A stretch of 64,000 nt of DNA from Candidatus Multivoradales bacterium (GTDB taxonomy: Bacteria; Acidobacteriota; Thermoanaerobaculia; Multivoradales; JAHEKO01), in NCBI GenBank assembly GCA_965223855.1, contig CBDCXM010000009.1, positions 1,152,001 to 1,216,000 of the forward strand. Reading direction: 5' to 3'. A program made the translations under genes and the position numbers. The number at the start of each line of letters is the position of its first letter. Within the stretch, counting starts at the first letter, position 1. Under the pieces are notes generated by a model that was not told the origin of the DNA, did no database searches, and saw only the letters and a program-made list of their open reading frames with translations. Below, piece by piece: positions 20,793 to 29,811 of the stretch.

Positions 20793-22295
20793 TCAGACGC
20801 TCGCCGAAACGACGCTCGCGGCCCGGCCTGCCGCTGCACCCACCGCGAGGCGACGCCGGAAGCCGAGGTGGCGGCGGCGGCTCAGCTCGATGAGCGGCCG
20901 CCAGACCGGGCCGGTCAGGTCGTGGCGGATCAGCCCGGGCCACCACCGGTTCGAGCGCTTGTACAGGTAGCTCATCGCCAGGTAGGCGGCCACCGCGCGG
21001 CGATCGGTCGGCCGGCGGCGCCAGATCGACGCCGAGGAGAAGAGCCGCCGGTAGCAGCCCGTGTAGCCCTCCATCAGCTCGTCCGGAGACATGCGTCGCG
21101 GGCGGAAGACGACGTTCGCCGTGTCGTACCGCGACCAGTCGCGATGGAGGATCCGGCCCTCCGCCTCCATCTGCTCGAACAGCGGAGTACCGGGGTAGGG
21201 GGTGAGGATGTGGAAGGTCGCGCACTCGAGGCGCTCGGCCTCGATCCATTCCACCGTGCGGTCGAAGACGGAGGCGTCGTCCTCGTCGAAGCCGAAGACG
21301 AAGCTGCCGTTGACCTGTATGCCGTGGTCGTGGAGCAGGCGCACCCGGCGCGCGTAGTCGGCCGTCAGCGGAGAGCGCTTCCGGGAGCCGCGGATGTTGA
21401 GATCCGACAGTGATTCGAAGCCGACGAAGACCCCCGTGCAGCCGGCCATCGCCATCGCCCTGACGAGCGACGGGTCGTCGGTGACGTCGATCGATACCGC
21501 CGCGCTCCAGATCTTTTCGAGCGGCTCCAGGCGCTCGCACAGTGCTCGCAGGTAGTCGGGCCGCGAGCCGAGGTTGTTGTCGACGAAGACGCCGTAGGGT
21601 TCGCCGGTCGCCTCGAACTCTTCGGCGATCTGGTCGGGCGTGCGCATCTGGTAGGGCATCTGAAGCCCCTCGGTGGCGAGGTAGCAGAAGGTGCACCGGT
21701 TGTGGCAGCCGCGCGTCGCGATCAGGCTGGCGGTGGTCAGGAAGGACCTGCGCGGCAGGATCGAGCGGTCGGGGGCGGGTTCGTCGCGGTACGGGCGCCG
21801 GAAGGAGCCGCGGTACTCGCGCCGAAGGGTGCCGGCGGCCACGTCGTCGAGGATCGACGGCCAGACCTGGACCCCCTCGCCGATCGCCAGCGCGTCGGCA
21901 TGCGGCCTCGCCTCCTCGGGACAGGAGAGCACGTGGAGCCCGCCGAGCACGACCAGCGCCCCCTGAGCGCGGTACCAGTCGGCGAGCTCGTAGGCGCGCT
22001 CGGCGAAGGTCAGGTGGACGGTGATGCCGACCACCTGAGGAAACGGCTCCGTCGGTGGCGGCCCCTGGAGCAGGTTCTCGTCCCAGTAGGAGAGCTTCCA
22101 CCCCTCCGGCGTGGCCCCGGCGATGCTGGTCAGCGCGAGGGTCGGGGTCAGCACGTGCTTGCCGAAGCTCGCGTGCGGGTCCTTCGGGTAGAACGGGTTG
22201 ATGAGCAGGGCTCGGCGGGGCTCGACGGCGCCCGGAGGCGGGGAGGCGGCGAGGGTGGGAGGCTGACGCATGAGGGAGGGCAGAGCGGTTCGCAT
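20793..22295 (-). CDS. B12-binding radical SAM protein
   Basis: LGGLH cobalamin-binding domain; TRGCHNRCTFC (CxxxCxxC); FVDNN, GFES, LTPYPGT. Confidence 0.9.
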   Translation of the reverse strand: MRTALPSLMRQPPTLAASPPPGAVEPRRALLINPFYPKDPHASFGKHVLTPTLALTSIAGATPEGWKLSYWDENLLQGPPPTEPFPQVVGITVHLTFAERAYELADWYRAQGALVVLGGLHVLSCPEEARPHADALAIGEGVQVWPSILDDVAAGTLRREYRGSFRRPYRDEPAPDRSILPRRSFLTTASLIATRGCHNRCTFCYLATEGLQMPYQMRTPDQIAEEFEATGEPYGVFVDNNLGSRPDYLRALCERLEPLEKIWSAAVSIDVTDDPSLVRAMAMAGCTGVFVGFESLSDLNIRGSRKRSPLTADYARRVRLLHDHGIQVNGSFVFGFDEDDASVFDRTVEWIEAERLECATFHILTPYPGTPLFEQMEAEGRILHRDWSRYDTANVVFRPRRMSPDELMEGYTGCYRRLFSSASIWRRRPTDRRAVAAYLAMSYLYKRSNRWWPGLIRHDLTGPVWRPLIELSRRRHLGFRRRLAVGAAAGRAASVVSASV

Positions 22296-22301
22296 GGAAG
22301 C

Positions 22302-22334
22302 ACTGTAGAGCAATTTACTTTGAAAGGCAAAGTA
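22302..22334 (-). promoter_or_regulatory. Sigma70 promoter (TTGCCT-17-TACAGT) overlapped by inverted repeat TACTTTG-N5-CAAAGTA
   Basis: -35 at 22325-22330, -10 at 22302-22307, ATG 6 nt downstream. Perfect 7-5-7 palindrome at 22316-22334. Confidence 0.7.
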
Positions 22335-22392
22335 TAGGTCTGAGAGCGGTGGGAGCTGCCGTTCTCGACTCCCTCGCGAGCCGGCGCCGTCG

Positions 22393-23211
22393 TCAGGAGG
22401 CTCGGCGCGCCGCGACGATGAGGCCGGGATTGCGGATTTCGAGCGCCGTCACGACGCCGTCCTGCACCAGGAAGCGGATCCGGGCCGAGGGCGCTCCGGC
22501 CGGATGGAAGACGTGGTCCCCCTGGTGGAAGAGAGTCCGCGCCGTGCCGCCGCTGCGCTCGATCGTCAGGCCGAAGCGGCCTACCGCGACGTCGAAGCGA
22601 TCGAGCGTGTCGCTGCCGAAGGTGTAGCCGCCGACGTAGGCCTCCTGCTCGATCAGGAGCGGCTCGGTTCGGGCCCCGCGGTCGGCGCCGCCGATCTCGT
22701 CGAGGTAGGCGAGCACCTCCTCCGCCCGCTCGCCACCGAGCTCGGCGTGGCGGCGCATCGGGATGCCGTGCGGCCCGGGCATCGACTGCAGGCCCGGATG
22801 CGCTTCGACCAGGGCGCGAACTGCCGGCAGGTTGCCCATCATGACGGCGGTGAAGATGTCCGGCCGCGCGCCGTTGGCGATCAGGTACTCGGCGATCTCG
22901 TAGTTGCCGGTGTGGGAGGCGGCGCCGAGAGCGGTCTCCCAGTCGCCGAACCCCCAGTCCCACGCCGAGCCGGCGAGCTCGGGTCGCTCGTCGACGAGAG
23001 CCTGGACCTTCTCGAGGCTGAAGTGGGCGGCGCCGACGACCTCCTTGATCGCCTCCGCTTCCTGCGACGGGTAGTGCTCGTGAAGGAGGGGCTTGCCGGC
23101 TACCGCTGCGGCGGTCTCCGCGGAGACGGCACGCGTCGGGTCCAGCAGGAACGTGCCCAGAGCGAGGGGGGCGGTCGTCAGCAGGGCACGGCGGTCGAGG
23201 TCACGGGGCAT
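22393..23211 (-). CDS. Tat-exported ankyrin-repeat protein
   Basis: DRRALL Tat signal; ETALGAASHTG, YLIANGA; C-terminal beta domain. Confidence 0.75.
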   Translation of the reverse strand: MPRDLDRRALLTTAPLALGTFLLDPTRAVSAETAAAVAGKPLLHEHYPSQEAEAIKEVVGAAHFSLEKVQALVDERPELAGSAWDWGFGDWETALGAASHTGNYEIAEYLIANGARPDIFTAVMMGNLPAVRALVEAHPGLQSMPGPHGIPMRRHAELGGERAEEVLAYLDEIGGADRGARTEPLLIEQEAYVGGYTFGSDTLDRFDVAVGRFGLTIERSGGTARTLFHQGDHVFHPAGAPSARIRFLVQDGVVTALEIRNPGLIVAARRAS

Positions 23212-24100
23212 CAGCGGTCTCCTTGGAGAGATTCGAGGGCTCGAGGACGGCGGTCACCTGCCGCTTCGCTTCGCGAGCGATCCGGCGCCAGTCGCCCGGA
23301 TCCGACCAGGTGTCGGCCCACGGATGCGTGCCGTCGTCGAGCCGGATCAGTTCGAGGACCAGCAGCCGCTCGTCCTCCTGGTCGAAGTAGCGGGCGTTGA
23401 GGACGAAGTCCGCTCCGAGGTCGGCGGCGAGCTCCCTCATTCGGGGGAAGGGGAAGGCTGAGTACGGGGCGGTCGAGCGCGGTCCGATGACCTGGACGTC
23501 ATCGGCTTCGCCGCCGGAGAACTCGACGACGAGCCACTCGGAAATCCGGGCGAGGTCGTCCCCCTCGTCGCCCACCGCAGCGAGCTCGAACGGCATGATC
23601 GCGAGCCGCGGGCCGGAAGCGACCGTGGTCGAACTCCGACCGCGGGCCAGGAACCCTGCGACGACCGCCAGCAGCAGGACGGCTCCCGCCAGGGCCCAGC
23701 GGCCCGCACGGGAGCTGCCGGTGACGCCCCGATCGCCGGCAGCCGTCCGGTCTTCCGGCAGCTCGACTTCGGGAATCAGCCGGTAGCCACGGCGGGGGAG
23801 GGTTTCGACGTAGCTCGGCTCGGCCGCCGAATCTCCGAGCGCCGCGCGGATCTGGCGGATGCAGAAGTTGACGCTCTGGTCGAAGTCGACGTGGGAGTCG
23901 GGCCACAGCTCGTCGCGGATCTCCTCGCGGGTCACCAGTTCGCCGCGCTTCCGCGCCAGGAGTTCGAGCAGCTGTGCCGGCTGTGGCGCGAGCCGGACGG
24001 TCTCCTCGGACCCGGACGCCTGGAGCGGTCGAATCTCGCCCGTCGACGGCTGGAACAGGAACTCGGCGATTCGAATCGGTGGACTCTGCCGGCGCGACAT
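23201..24100 (-). CDS. CadC/ToxR-like membrane one-component regulator (wHTH-TM-TolB_N-like)
   Basis: LVTREEI..LW, IRQIRAALGD, YVETLPRRGYR, one TM, then LAIMPF periplasmic domain. Confidence 0.85.
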   Translation of the reverse strand: MSRRQSPPIRIAEFLFQPSTGEIRPLQASGSEETVRLAPQPAQLLELLARKRGELVTREEIRDELWPDSHVDFDQSVNFCIRQIRAALGDSAAEPSYVETLPRRGYRLIPEVELPEDRTAAGDRGVTGSSRAGRWALAGAVLLLAVVAGFLARGRSSTTVASGPRLAIMPFELAAVGDEGDDLARISEWLVVEFSGGEADDVQVIGPRSTAPYSAFPFPRMRELAADLGADFVLNARYFDQEDERLLVLELIRLDDGTHPWADTWSDPGDWRRIAREAKRQVTAVLEPSNLSKETADAP

Positions 24101-24188
24101 GCCCCAAGCATAGGGCCCGGGGGTTCGGTCGGATCGACTTGCGAGCGGTTCCACACCGGCACACTACGGCTCCGCCCGCCGGGTCTCC

Positions 24189-24216
24189 CTGAGTGAGAGC
24201 TGAGAAAGAGCTGAGA
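24189..24216. promoter_or_regulatory. 11-bp-period direct repeats (CTGAG x3; AGAGCTGAGA x2), putative wHTH binding site
   Basis: CTGAG at 24189, 24200 and 24211, between the wHTH regulator and the divergent lipoprotein. Confidence 0.55.
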
Positions 24217-24293
24217 TCCGGCGGCCTGCTTCTGCCGGAGCGTCCGGTAGGCTACGGGCGTTCATGCTTGGAAAGAGCGAACGGGCCGGGCGG

Positions 24294-26726
24294 ATGCCGG
24301 AGAGCCTCGTCGCGAGCGCGGTCGGTCTGGCGCTCGCGTTGAGCCTCCCTGCCTGTCGCTCGGAGCCGTCGAAGCCGGAGGAGGCCGTTCGGGTGGCGCA
24401 GGAAGGCTCCGCCGAGCGGCAGGACGAGACCGCGGCGGTCGTTGCAGCCCAGACCGCGCCGCCACCACCCCCGAAGCCCGCCCCGGTTCCGAAGTGCGAG
24501 ACGGAGGGCTACCCCTGCACCTGGGCGGAGGTGGCATCGGAGATCGTCGAGAGGACGGATGACCTGGCGCGGGAGGGCCTCGGTCGAATGGCCGACGGTG
24601 CCGCGGTGCCGGAGGTTGCCGGCTGGCTGGCGTCGCAGGGAGACGTCGAGGCGGTGATGACCGACGGCCGCATGGTTCGTTTCCGTCTTGCCGGCGGGCG
24701 CCCGGTGTGGGTGACGGAGGCGCTCCCGGAGAGTTTCGACACCCGGGGGTTCGCCTCTCCGGCGTTCGCGCAGCCCCCCGGTTCCGGCGCCGGAGGGCCG
24801 GACGACCCGATCGGGAAGAATCCGCCGGGCAGGATTCCCTGGAAGAAGGCGCTCATCCTGGCGCCCTTTCAATGGCACTTCGGCGATCGCGAGGTCGACG
24901 ACCTTCTCCTGCATCTGGGACTGGCTGGCGAGGCCGATCAGGATCCCTTCGCCGTGCGCGACTACCGGTGCGGCGGCGACTCCCAGTGCGTGGAGATCAA
25001 GGCCAACGATCTCGTGCAGCTCGATCCCAACGTGATGTGCTCCGCCATCCCCGGCAGTTGCCCGATGGCGTACGGCGTCGACCGAAGCGACTTCAAGGGT
25101 TGGCAGAACTACGACCTCATCCACGTCGGAACCCACGGCTTCTATCTTTGCGGCACGAGCGATCCCGAGGAGGTCGTGCAGTGGCTCACGGCCACCACGT
25201 CGGCCGTCGGCGGCCGGGATCTCGCAGGGACATCCGCCAAGCTGGTCGGAGGCGGCTGCGTCGTCGGGCTGGCCACCGGCCGGGTGTTTCCCGAGGGGAG
25301 CGTGGCGGTCGGCTCGGTGACCGACCCCGGAGTCGAGTACATCTATGCCGGCATCGGGCGCTACTGCGACCATGCGCCGCCCGGCTCGGTACGGTGGGTC
25401 CAGCAGTTCTGCGACAAGCCCGACTTCCTGCTGGAGCTGGTGACCGACGACTTCTTCGTCGCCGAGTACGGCGGGGCGCTCAAGGACAAGATGATCTTCC
25501 TCAACGCCTGCTCGGCGCTGGCGGACGGCGGCATCGCGCTCGGGCTGAGCTCGGGCGACTCGGTGGTTCTCGGCTGGAGCGACCCGGTGCCGGTCGGCAC
25601 CGCGCTGAGGGTGTCGGAGACCTTCTACGAAGCCTACCTGCGCAACAACCTGCCGGCGGTCGATGCATGGCTCGAGGCGGCGCAGAGTGTCGGAGCGAAC
25701 ATCCCCGTGAGCCTCGAGATCGACCAGGCCTGGAGAACCTCGCTGCCGGCGGATCTGGAGCCGGCGGTGCTCGAGTCGACCGAACTCGAGTCGAGCGGCA
25801 CCCGCCAGCGTCGCGGTCGCGAGATGGTCTCGGTGCGCTGGAAGGACTCCGACGTCGAGATCGAGGACGGCTCCACGCTCGAGACCCGCAGCGCGGACGA
25901 TGAGACGTGCGAGGTGGAGCTGGGGCTGGTGCTCGAGGGGGTGCCGGAGGAGCAGGATCCCGCTTCGATGCCGCTGACGCTCGAGGCGAACGGCAACCGG
26001 GTCGACCGCCAGTTCAGGGCGACCGAGGAGGCCGGCCCGTATCGCTTCCGCTTCGACGGGACGGTGCCGATCCCGAAGAGTGAAGCGCGCTCCTTCGATC
26101 TGGAGATCTCGGCACAGCTTCCCAGGGGCGGCGTCAGCCGGTGGCGCTATGAGGACCTCAGCACTCCGTGCGGCGAGTGCTACTTCAAGGCTCGTCTGAG
26201 CGGGGATCCCGCGCGCACCCTCGTCGAGGGAGAAGCCGCGATCTGGAGCGAGCCGCTGCAGGACTCCGCCCGCATCGCCCGCCCGCTGATGAACATGCTC
26301 GAAGCCCTAGGGATGCAGGAGGAGCTGGTCGGCGCCGACTCCGAGACCGTGGACCGTGTCCTCGACGAGATGGCCGGCACGAGCTCCTTCGTCCTCAAGT
26401 TCAACGAAGCCTCGGGAGAGATGCTCTCGTTCGACCTCACCACCCAGCCGAACGAAGGGGGGCTCGGCAGCGGAGAGGTCGGAGGGATGCTGGCCATTGA
26501 CGGACTGGGCTTCATCCTCAACGCCCAGCTCGAGATACACACTCGCGACGAGGGCTGGATCGAAGGGACGCTCTCCGGAACCGGGGTCGGGGCCACCCTC
26601 GAAGGGGGGGCTGGCGTCATGACGTCACCCACCACCGCGCGGCCACTGAAGGTGCAGGTCGACGTCGAGTTCCGCGCCGGCAATCCGGCACGGGGTGCCT
26701 TCTGCACGATCGACGAAGGAGAGTGA
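24294..26726 (+). CDS. Large Cys-rich lipoprotein with putative caspase-like (clan CD) peptidase domain
   Basis: LPAC lipobox, Pro-rich linker, LIHVGTHG and IFLNACS motifs. Alternative start at 24264. Confidence 0.65.
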   Translation: MPESLVASAVGLALALSLPACRSEPSKPEEAVRVAQEGSAERQDETAAVVAAQTAPPPPPKPAPVPKCETEGYPCTWAEVASEIVERTDDLAREGLGRMADGAAVPEVAGWLASQGDVEAVMTDGRMVRFRLAGGRPVWVTEALPESFDTRGFASPAFAQPPGSGAGGPDDPIGKNPPGRIPWKKALILAPFQWHFGDREVDDLLLHLGLAGEADQDPFAVRDYRCGGDSQCVEIKANDLVQLDPNVMCSAIPGSCPMAYGVDRSDFKGWQNYDLIHVGTHGFYLCGTSDPEEVVQWLTATTSAVGGRDLAGTSAKLVGGGCVVGLATGRVFPEGSVAVGSVTDPGVEYIYAGIGRYCDHAPPGSVRWVQQFCDKPDFLLELVTDDFFVAEYGGALKDKMIFLNACSALADGGIALGLSSGDSVVLGWSDPVPVGTALRVSETFYEAYLRNNLPAVDAWLEAAQSVGANIPVSLEIDQAWRTSLPADLEPAVLESTELESSGTRQRRGREMVSVRWKDSDVEIEDGSTLETRSADDETCEVELGLVLEGVPEEQDPASMPLTLEANGNRVDRQFRATEEAGPYRFRFDGTVPIPKSEARSFDLEISAQLPRGGVSRWRYEDLSTPCGECYFKARLSGDPARTLVEGEAAIWSEPLQDSARIARPLMNMLEALGMQEELVGADSETVDRVLDEMAGTSSFVLKFNEASGEMLSFDLTTQPNEGGLGSGEVGGMLAIDGLGFILNAQLEIHTRDEGWIEGTLSGTGVGATLEGGAGVMTSPTTARPLKVQVDVEFRAGNPARGAFCTIDEGE

Positions 26727-26775
26727 CGCTCTCCCCGCCTTCGTTCGCCGCGCGCCGTCGAGTTGCGGGGCTGGA

Positions 26776-28404
26776 CTAGAGCTTTCGCGCCGTGTTGATG
26801 ACGTTCGCACCGTCGAAGCGCGTCGTCGAGCTGCCGTGCGACACGGCGCTCACCTGGCCCGGCTGCCCCTTGCCGTCGAAGAAGGTGCCGAAGGTGCGGT
26901 AGTCGCGCTCGTCGCAGATCGCCGAGCAGGAGTTCCAGAACTCCTGGGTGTTCGACTGGTAGGCGACGTCGCGCAGCATCCCCTTGATCTCGCCGTTCTC
27001 GATCTCGTAGAAGAGCTGGCCGCCGAACTGGAAGTTGTAGCGCTGCTGGTCGATCGAGTACGAGCCACGGCCGATGATGTAGATCCCCTTCTCGACGCCG
27101 GCGATCATCTCGGCGACCGACAGCGGCTCCTTGCCCGGCGCGAGCGAGACGTTCGGCATCCGCTGAAACTGGATCGAGCTCCACGAATCGGCGTAGCAGC
27201 AGCCGTGCGACTCCTTCTCGCCGAGGATGTGGACCTGATCGCGGATCGCCTGGTAGTTGACGAGAATGCCGTCGCGCACCAGGTCCCAGCGCTTCGTCGG
27301 CACTCCCTCGTCGTCGTAGCCGACGTGGCCGAGCGAGCCGACCTGCGTCTTGTCGGCGAAGAGGTTGACGATCTTCGAGCCGTACTCGAACTTCTTCGAC
27401 TGCCATTTGTCGAGGGTCGCGAAACTGGTGCCGGCGTAGTTGGCTTCGTAGCCGAGCACCCGGTCGAGCTCGAGCGGGTGGCCGACCGACTCGTGGATGG
27501 TGAGCCCCAGGTGCGTCGGGTCGAGCACGAGGTCGTACTTGCCGGGCTCGACCGACCTGGCACCGTGCTTCGCCTTCGCCTGCTGCGCCGCCGCGATCGC
27601 GTCCTCGCGCATGTCGTACGACTTGCGGTAGAGGGTCGTCTCGCCCGCGATCTTGTCTTCCTTCTTCCCCGCCAGGTACTCCCACCCCATCCCCATCGGC
27701 GAGGCGAGACCGTTCCTGGTCTCGAACTTGCCGCTCTCGGCATCGACCGCGGTGACGGTGAAGGTCGGCCACAACCGATGGACGTCCTGGTCGATGTAGG
27801 AACCATCGGTCGAGGCGAAGTACTTCTGCTCGTTGACCTGAAAGAGGTTGTTCGAGATGAAGCTCGCCCCCGCCTCCATCGCCGCCGCGTTGACGTCGAG
27901 CAGCAGCTCGACCTTCTCGGAGAGCGGTACGTCGAAGCAGCTCTTCTCGATCGGTGTGCGCCAGCTGACCTCGCCGACCCCCTTGACCGGGGCGAGTTGC
28001 ACCGTCTCGGTCTGGAGCCGCGCGTTGGCCTTGGCGATCGCCACCGCCTGCTTCGCGGTGGCGGCGAGCGCGTCGGTCGTGACGTCCGAAGTGGCGGCGA
28101 ACCCCCAGGCACCGTCGGCCAGCACCCGAACGCCGGCACCGTAGGACTCGGTATCGACGAGGTTCTGCACCTTGTCCTCGCGGGTGATGACGAACTGGTT
28201 GAGGTAGCGGCCGATCCGCACGTCGGCGTAGGCGGCACCCGAACCGGTCGCCGCTTCGAGCGCCGCGTCGGCGAGCGCCTTGCGGCCGCCCTCGGCGACC
28301 GGCGTCGTCGCGCCCAGGAGGCGCGGGCTTCCGAGGACCGGCACGGCGAGGGTGCCGACTCCGAGTCCGCTCAGACGAAGAAACTCTCTGCGATCCACGG
28401 CCAC
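26776..28404 (-). CDS. tldD: TldD/PmbA family metalloprotease with Tat signal
   Basis: DRREFL Tat motif, YADVR, HESVGH, YDDEG, QRMPN; GGGAGG RBS. Confidence 0.88.
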   Translation of the reverse strand: MAVDRREFLRLSGLGVGTLAVPVLGSPRLLGATTPVAEGGRKALADAALEAATGSGAAYADVRIGRYLNQFVITREDKVQNLVDTESYGAGVRVLADGAWGFAATSDVTTDALAATAKQAVAIAKANARLQTETVQLAPVKGVGEVSWRTPIEKSCFDVPLSEKVELLLDVNAAAMEAGASFISNNLFQVNEQKYFASTDGSYIDQDVHRLWPTFTVTAVDAESGKFETRNGLASPMGMGWEYLAGKKEDKIAGETTLYRKSYDMREDAIAAAQQAKAKHGARSVEPGKYDLVLDPTHLGLTIHESVGHPLELDRVLGYEANYAGTSFATLDKWQSKKFEYGSKIVNLFADKTQVGSLGHVGYDDEGVPTKRWDLVRDGILVNYQAIRDQVHILGEKESHGCCYADSWSSIQFQRMPNVSLAPGKEPLSVAEMIAGVEKGIYIIGRGSYSIDQQRYNFQFGGQLFYEIENGEIKGMLRDVAYQSNTQEFWNSCSAICDERDYRTFGTFFDGKGQPGQVSAVSHGSSTTRFDGANVINTARKL

Positions 28405-28522
28405 CTCCCTGGAAGTCCTGCCTCGTTGCGTCGTGTGGAGCTCGCGACTGTACGCTCACCGATGGTACGGCAAACTGCCCGGGAGAGTTCGCCCGTCCCG
28501 TTCGGCTCCCTGGAGGTTGATG

Positions 28523-29728
28523 ATGTTGCGTTCCCCGGCTCGTTTCGCGCTGTCGCCCCGATTCATGGTGCTTGTGCTTCTCGGGCTTGCAGTTCTCGGC
28601 GCGGGCGCCCTGCCGGCGACCGACATTCAGGTCGACACGACGCTCGACGAAGTTGCCGACAACGGCAACTGCACCCTGCGGGAGGCGATCCTCGCGGCCA
28701 ACACCAATCTGGCGGTCGATGGCTGTGACGCCGGGCAGGCAGGGCCGCCGAACACCGATCGGGTGCTGATCCCGGCGGGCCTCTACGTGCTGAGCGTCGG
28801 TGCTTCCGGGGAGGATGACGGCGAGGAGGGTGACCTCGATCTCACCGACAACGTGTCGGTCGAGGGGGCGGGAGCGCGGTTGACGGTGATCGACGGCGGC
28901 GGGATCGATCGGGTCTTCGACGTCGATCCGAACGGCGACAACGTCGTCGCCGCGATCGTCGGCCTCACGGTGCGCAACGGCGACGCCGGTGGCGGCGAGG
29001 GCGGCGGGGTGCGCAACGATGCGACGCTGACGATCGACCGGGTGCTGCTGACGGGCAACTCCGCCGGCGGTCCGGGCGGTGCGATCCGCAACGACGACGA
29101 CCTGTTCGTCCTCCGGTCGACGCTCGCCGGCAACACGACCGGCGATCACGGCGGCGGTCTCGACAACCACGGCAGCGCGTTCCTCGAGAACGTCACGGTG
29201 TCCGGCAACATGGTCACCGGCGGTGGGGTGGGCGGCGGTCTCTACAACCTGTCGGGGGAGACGATGACGATCTCCGCCGTCACGGTGGTCGGCAACTCGG
29301 CGGGGGCGGGCGACGCGATCCACAACGCCGGAACCCTGACGGCGACCAACGCCCTGCTGTCCGGAGACTGCGACGGCGAGATCGACACCAGCAACGGAGG
29401 GAGCCTCGAGAGTCCGGGGGACACCTGCGGGCTGGACGGCCCGGGCGACCAGGTGTCGGTCGCCGATCCGGTGCTCGGGCCGCTCGCGGACAACGGCGGG
29501 GAGACCGATACTCACGCACTCCTCCCCGGCAGTCCGGCGATCGAGGCCGGAAACACCGCCGCCTGCCCGGCCGCCGATCAACGCGGCGTGACACGGCCGT
29601 TCGACGGCGACGGCGACGGCACTCCGGAGTGCGACGGCGGCGCCTTCGAGTCGGACCTCGGGGTCTTCGTCTTCGGCGACGGCTTCGAGAGCGGCGACAC
29701 CTCGGCGTGGTCGGCGACCGTGCCCTGA
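28523..29728 (+). CDS. Secreted CSLREA / choice-of-anchor Q beta-helix protein
   Basis: Signal peptide, CTLREAI, GGA/GGG repeats, LGPLADNGG.T.THALLPGSPAI, DQRG, CDGGAFE; C-terminal VFGDGFESGDTSAWS. Confidence 0.88.
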   Translation: MLRSPARFALSPRFMVLVLLGLAVLGAGALPATDIQVDTTLDEVADNGNCTLREAILAANTNLAVDGCDAGQAGPPNTDRVLIPAGLYVLSVGASGEDDGEEGDLDLTDNVSVEGAGARLTVIDGGGIDRVFDVDPNGDNVVAAIVGLTVRNGDAGGGEGGGVRNDATLTIDRVLLTGNSAGGPGGAIRNDDDLFVLRSTLAGNTTGDHGGGLDNHGSAFLENVTVSGNMVTGGGVGGGLYNLSGETMTISAVTVVGNSAGAGDAIHNAGTLTATNALLSGDCDGEIDTSNGGSLESPGDTCGLDGPGDQVSVADPVLGPLADNGGETDTHALLPGSPAIEAGNTAACPAADQRGVTRPFDGDGDGTPECDGGAFESDLGVFVFGDGFESGDTSAWSATVP

Positions 29729-29811
29729 CGGTCGGCGCCGCGGTCGCCCATGGGCTACTGCGCCCTGTGGGCGCCGAGTAGAATCGCGGGCTCGCACCGC
29801 ACGGAGCCGCT

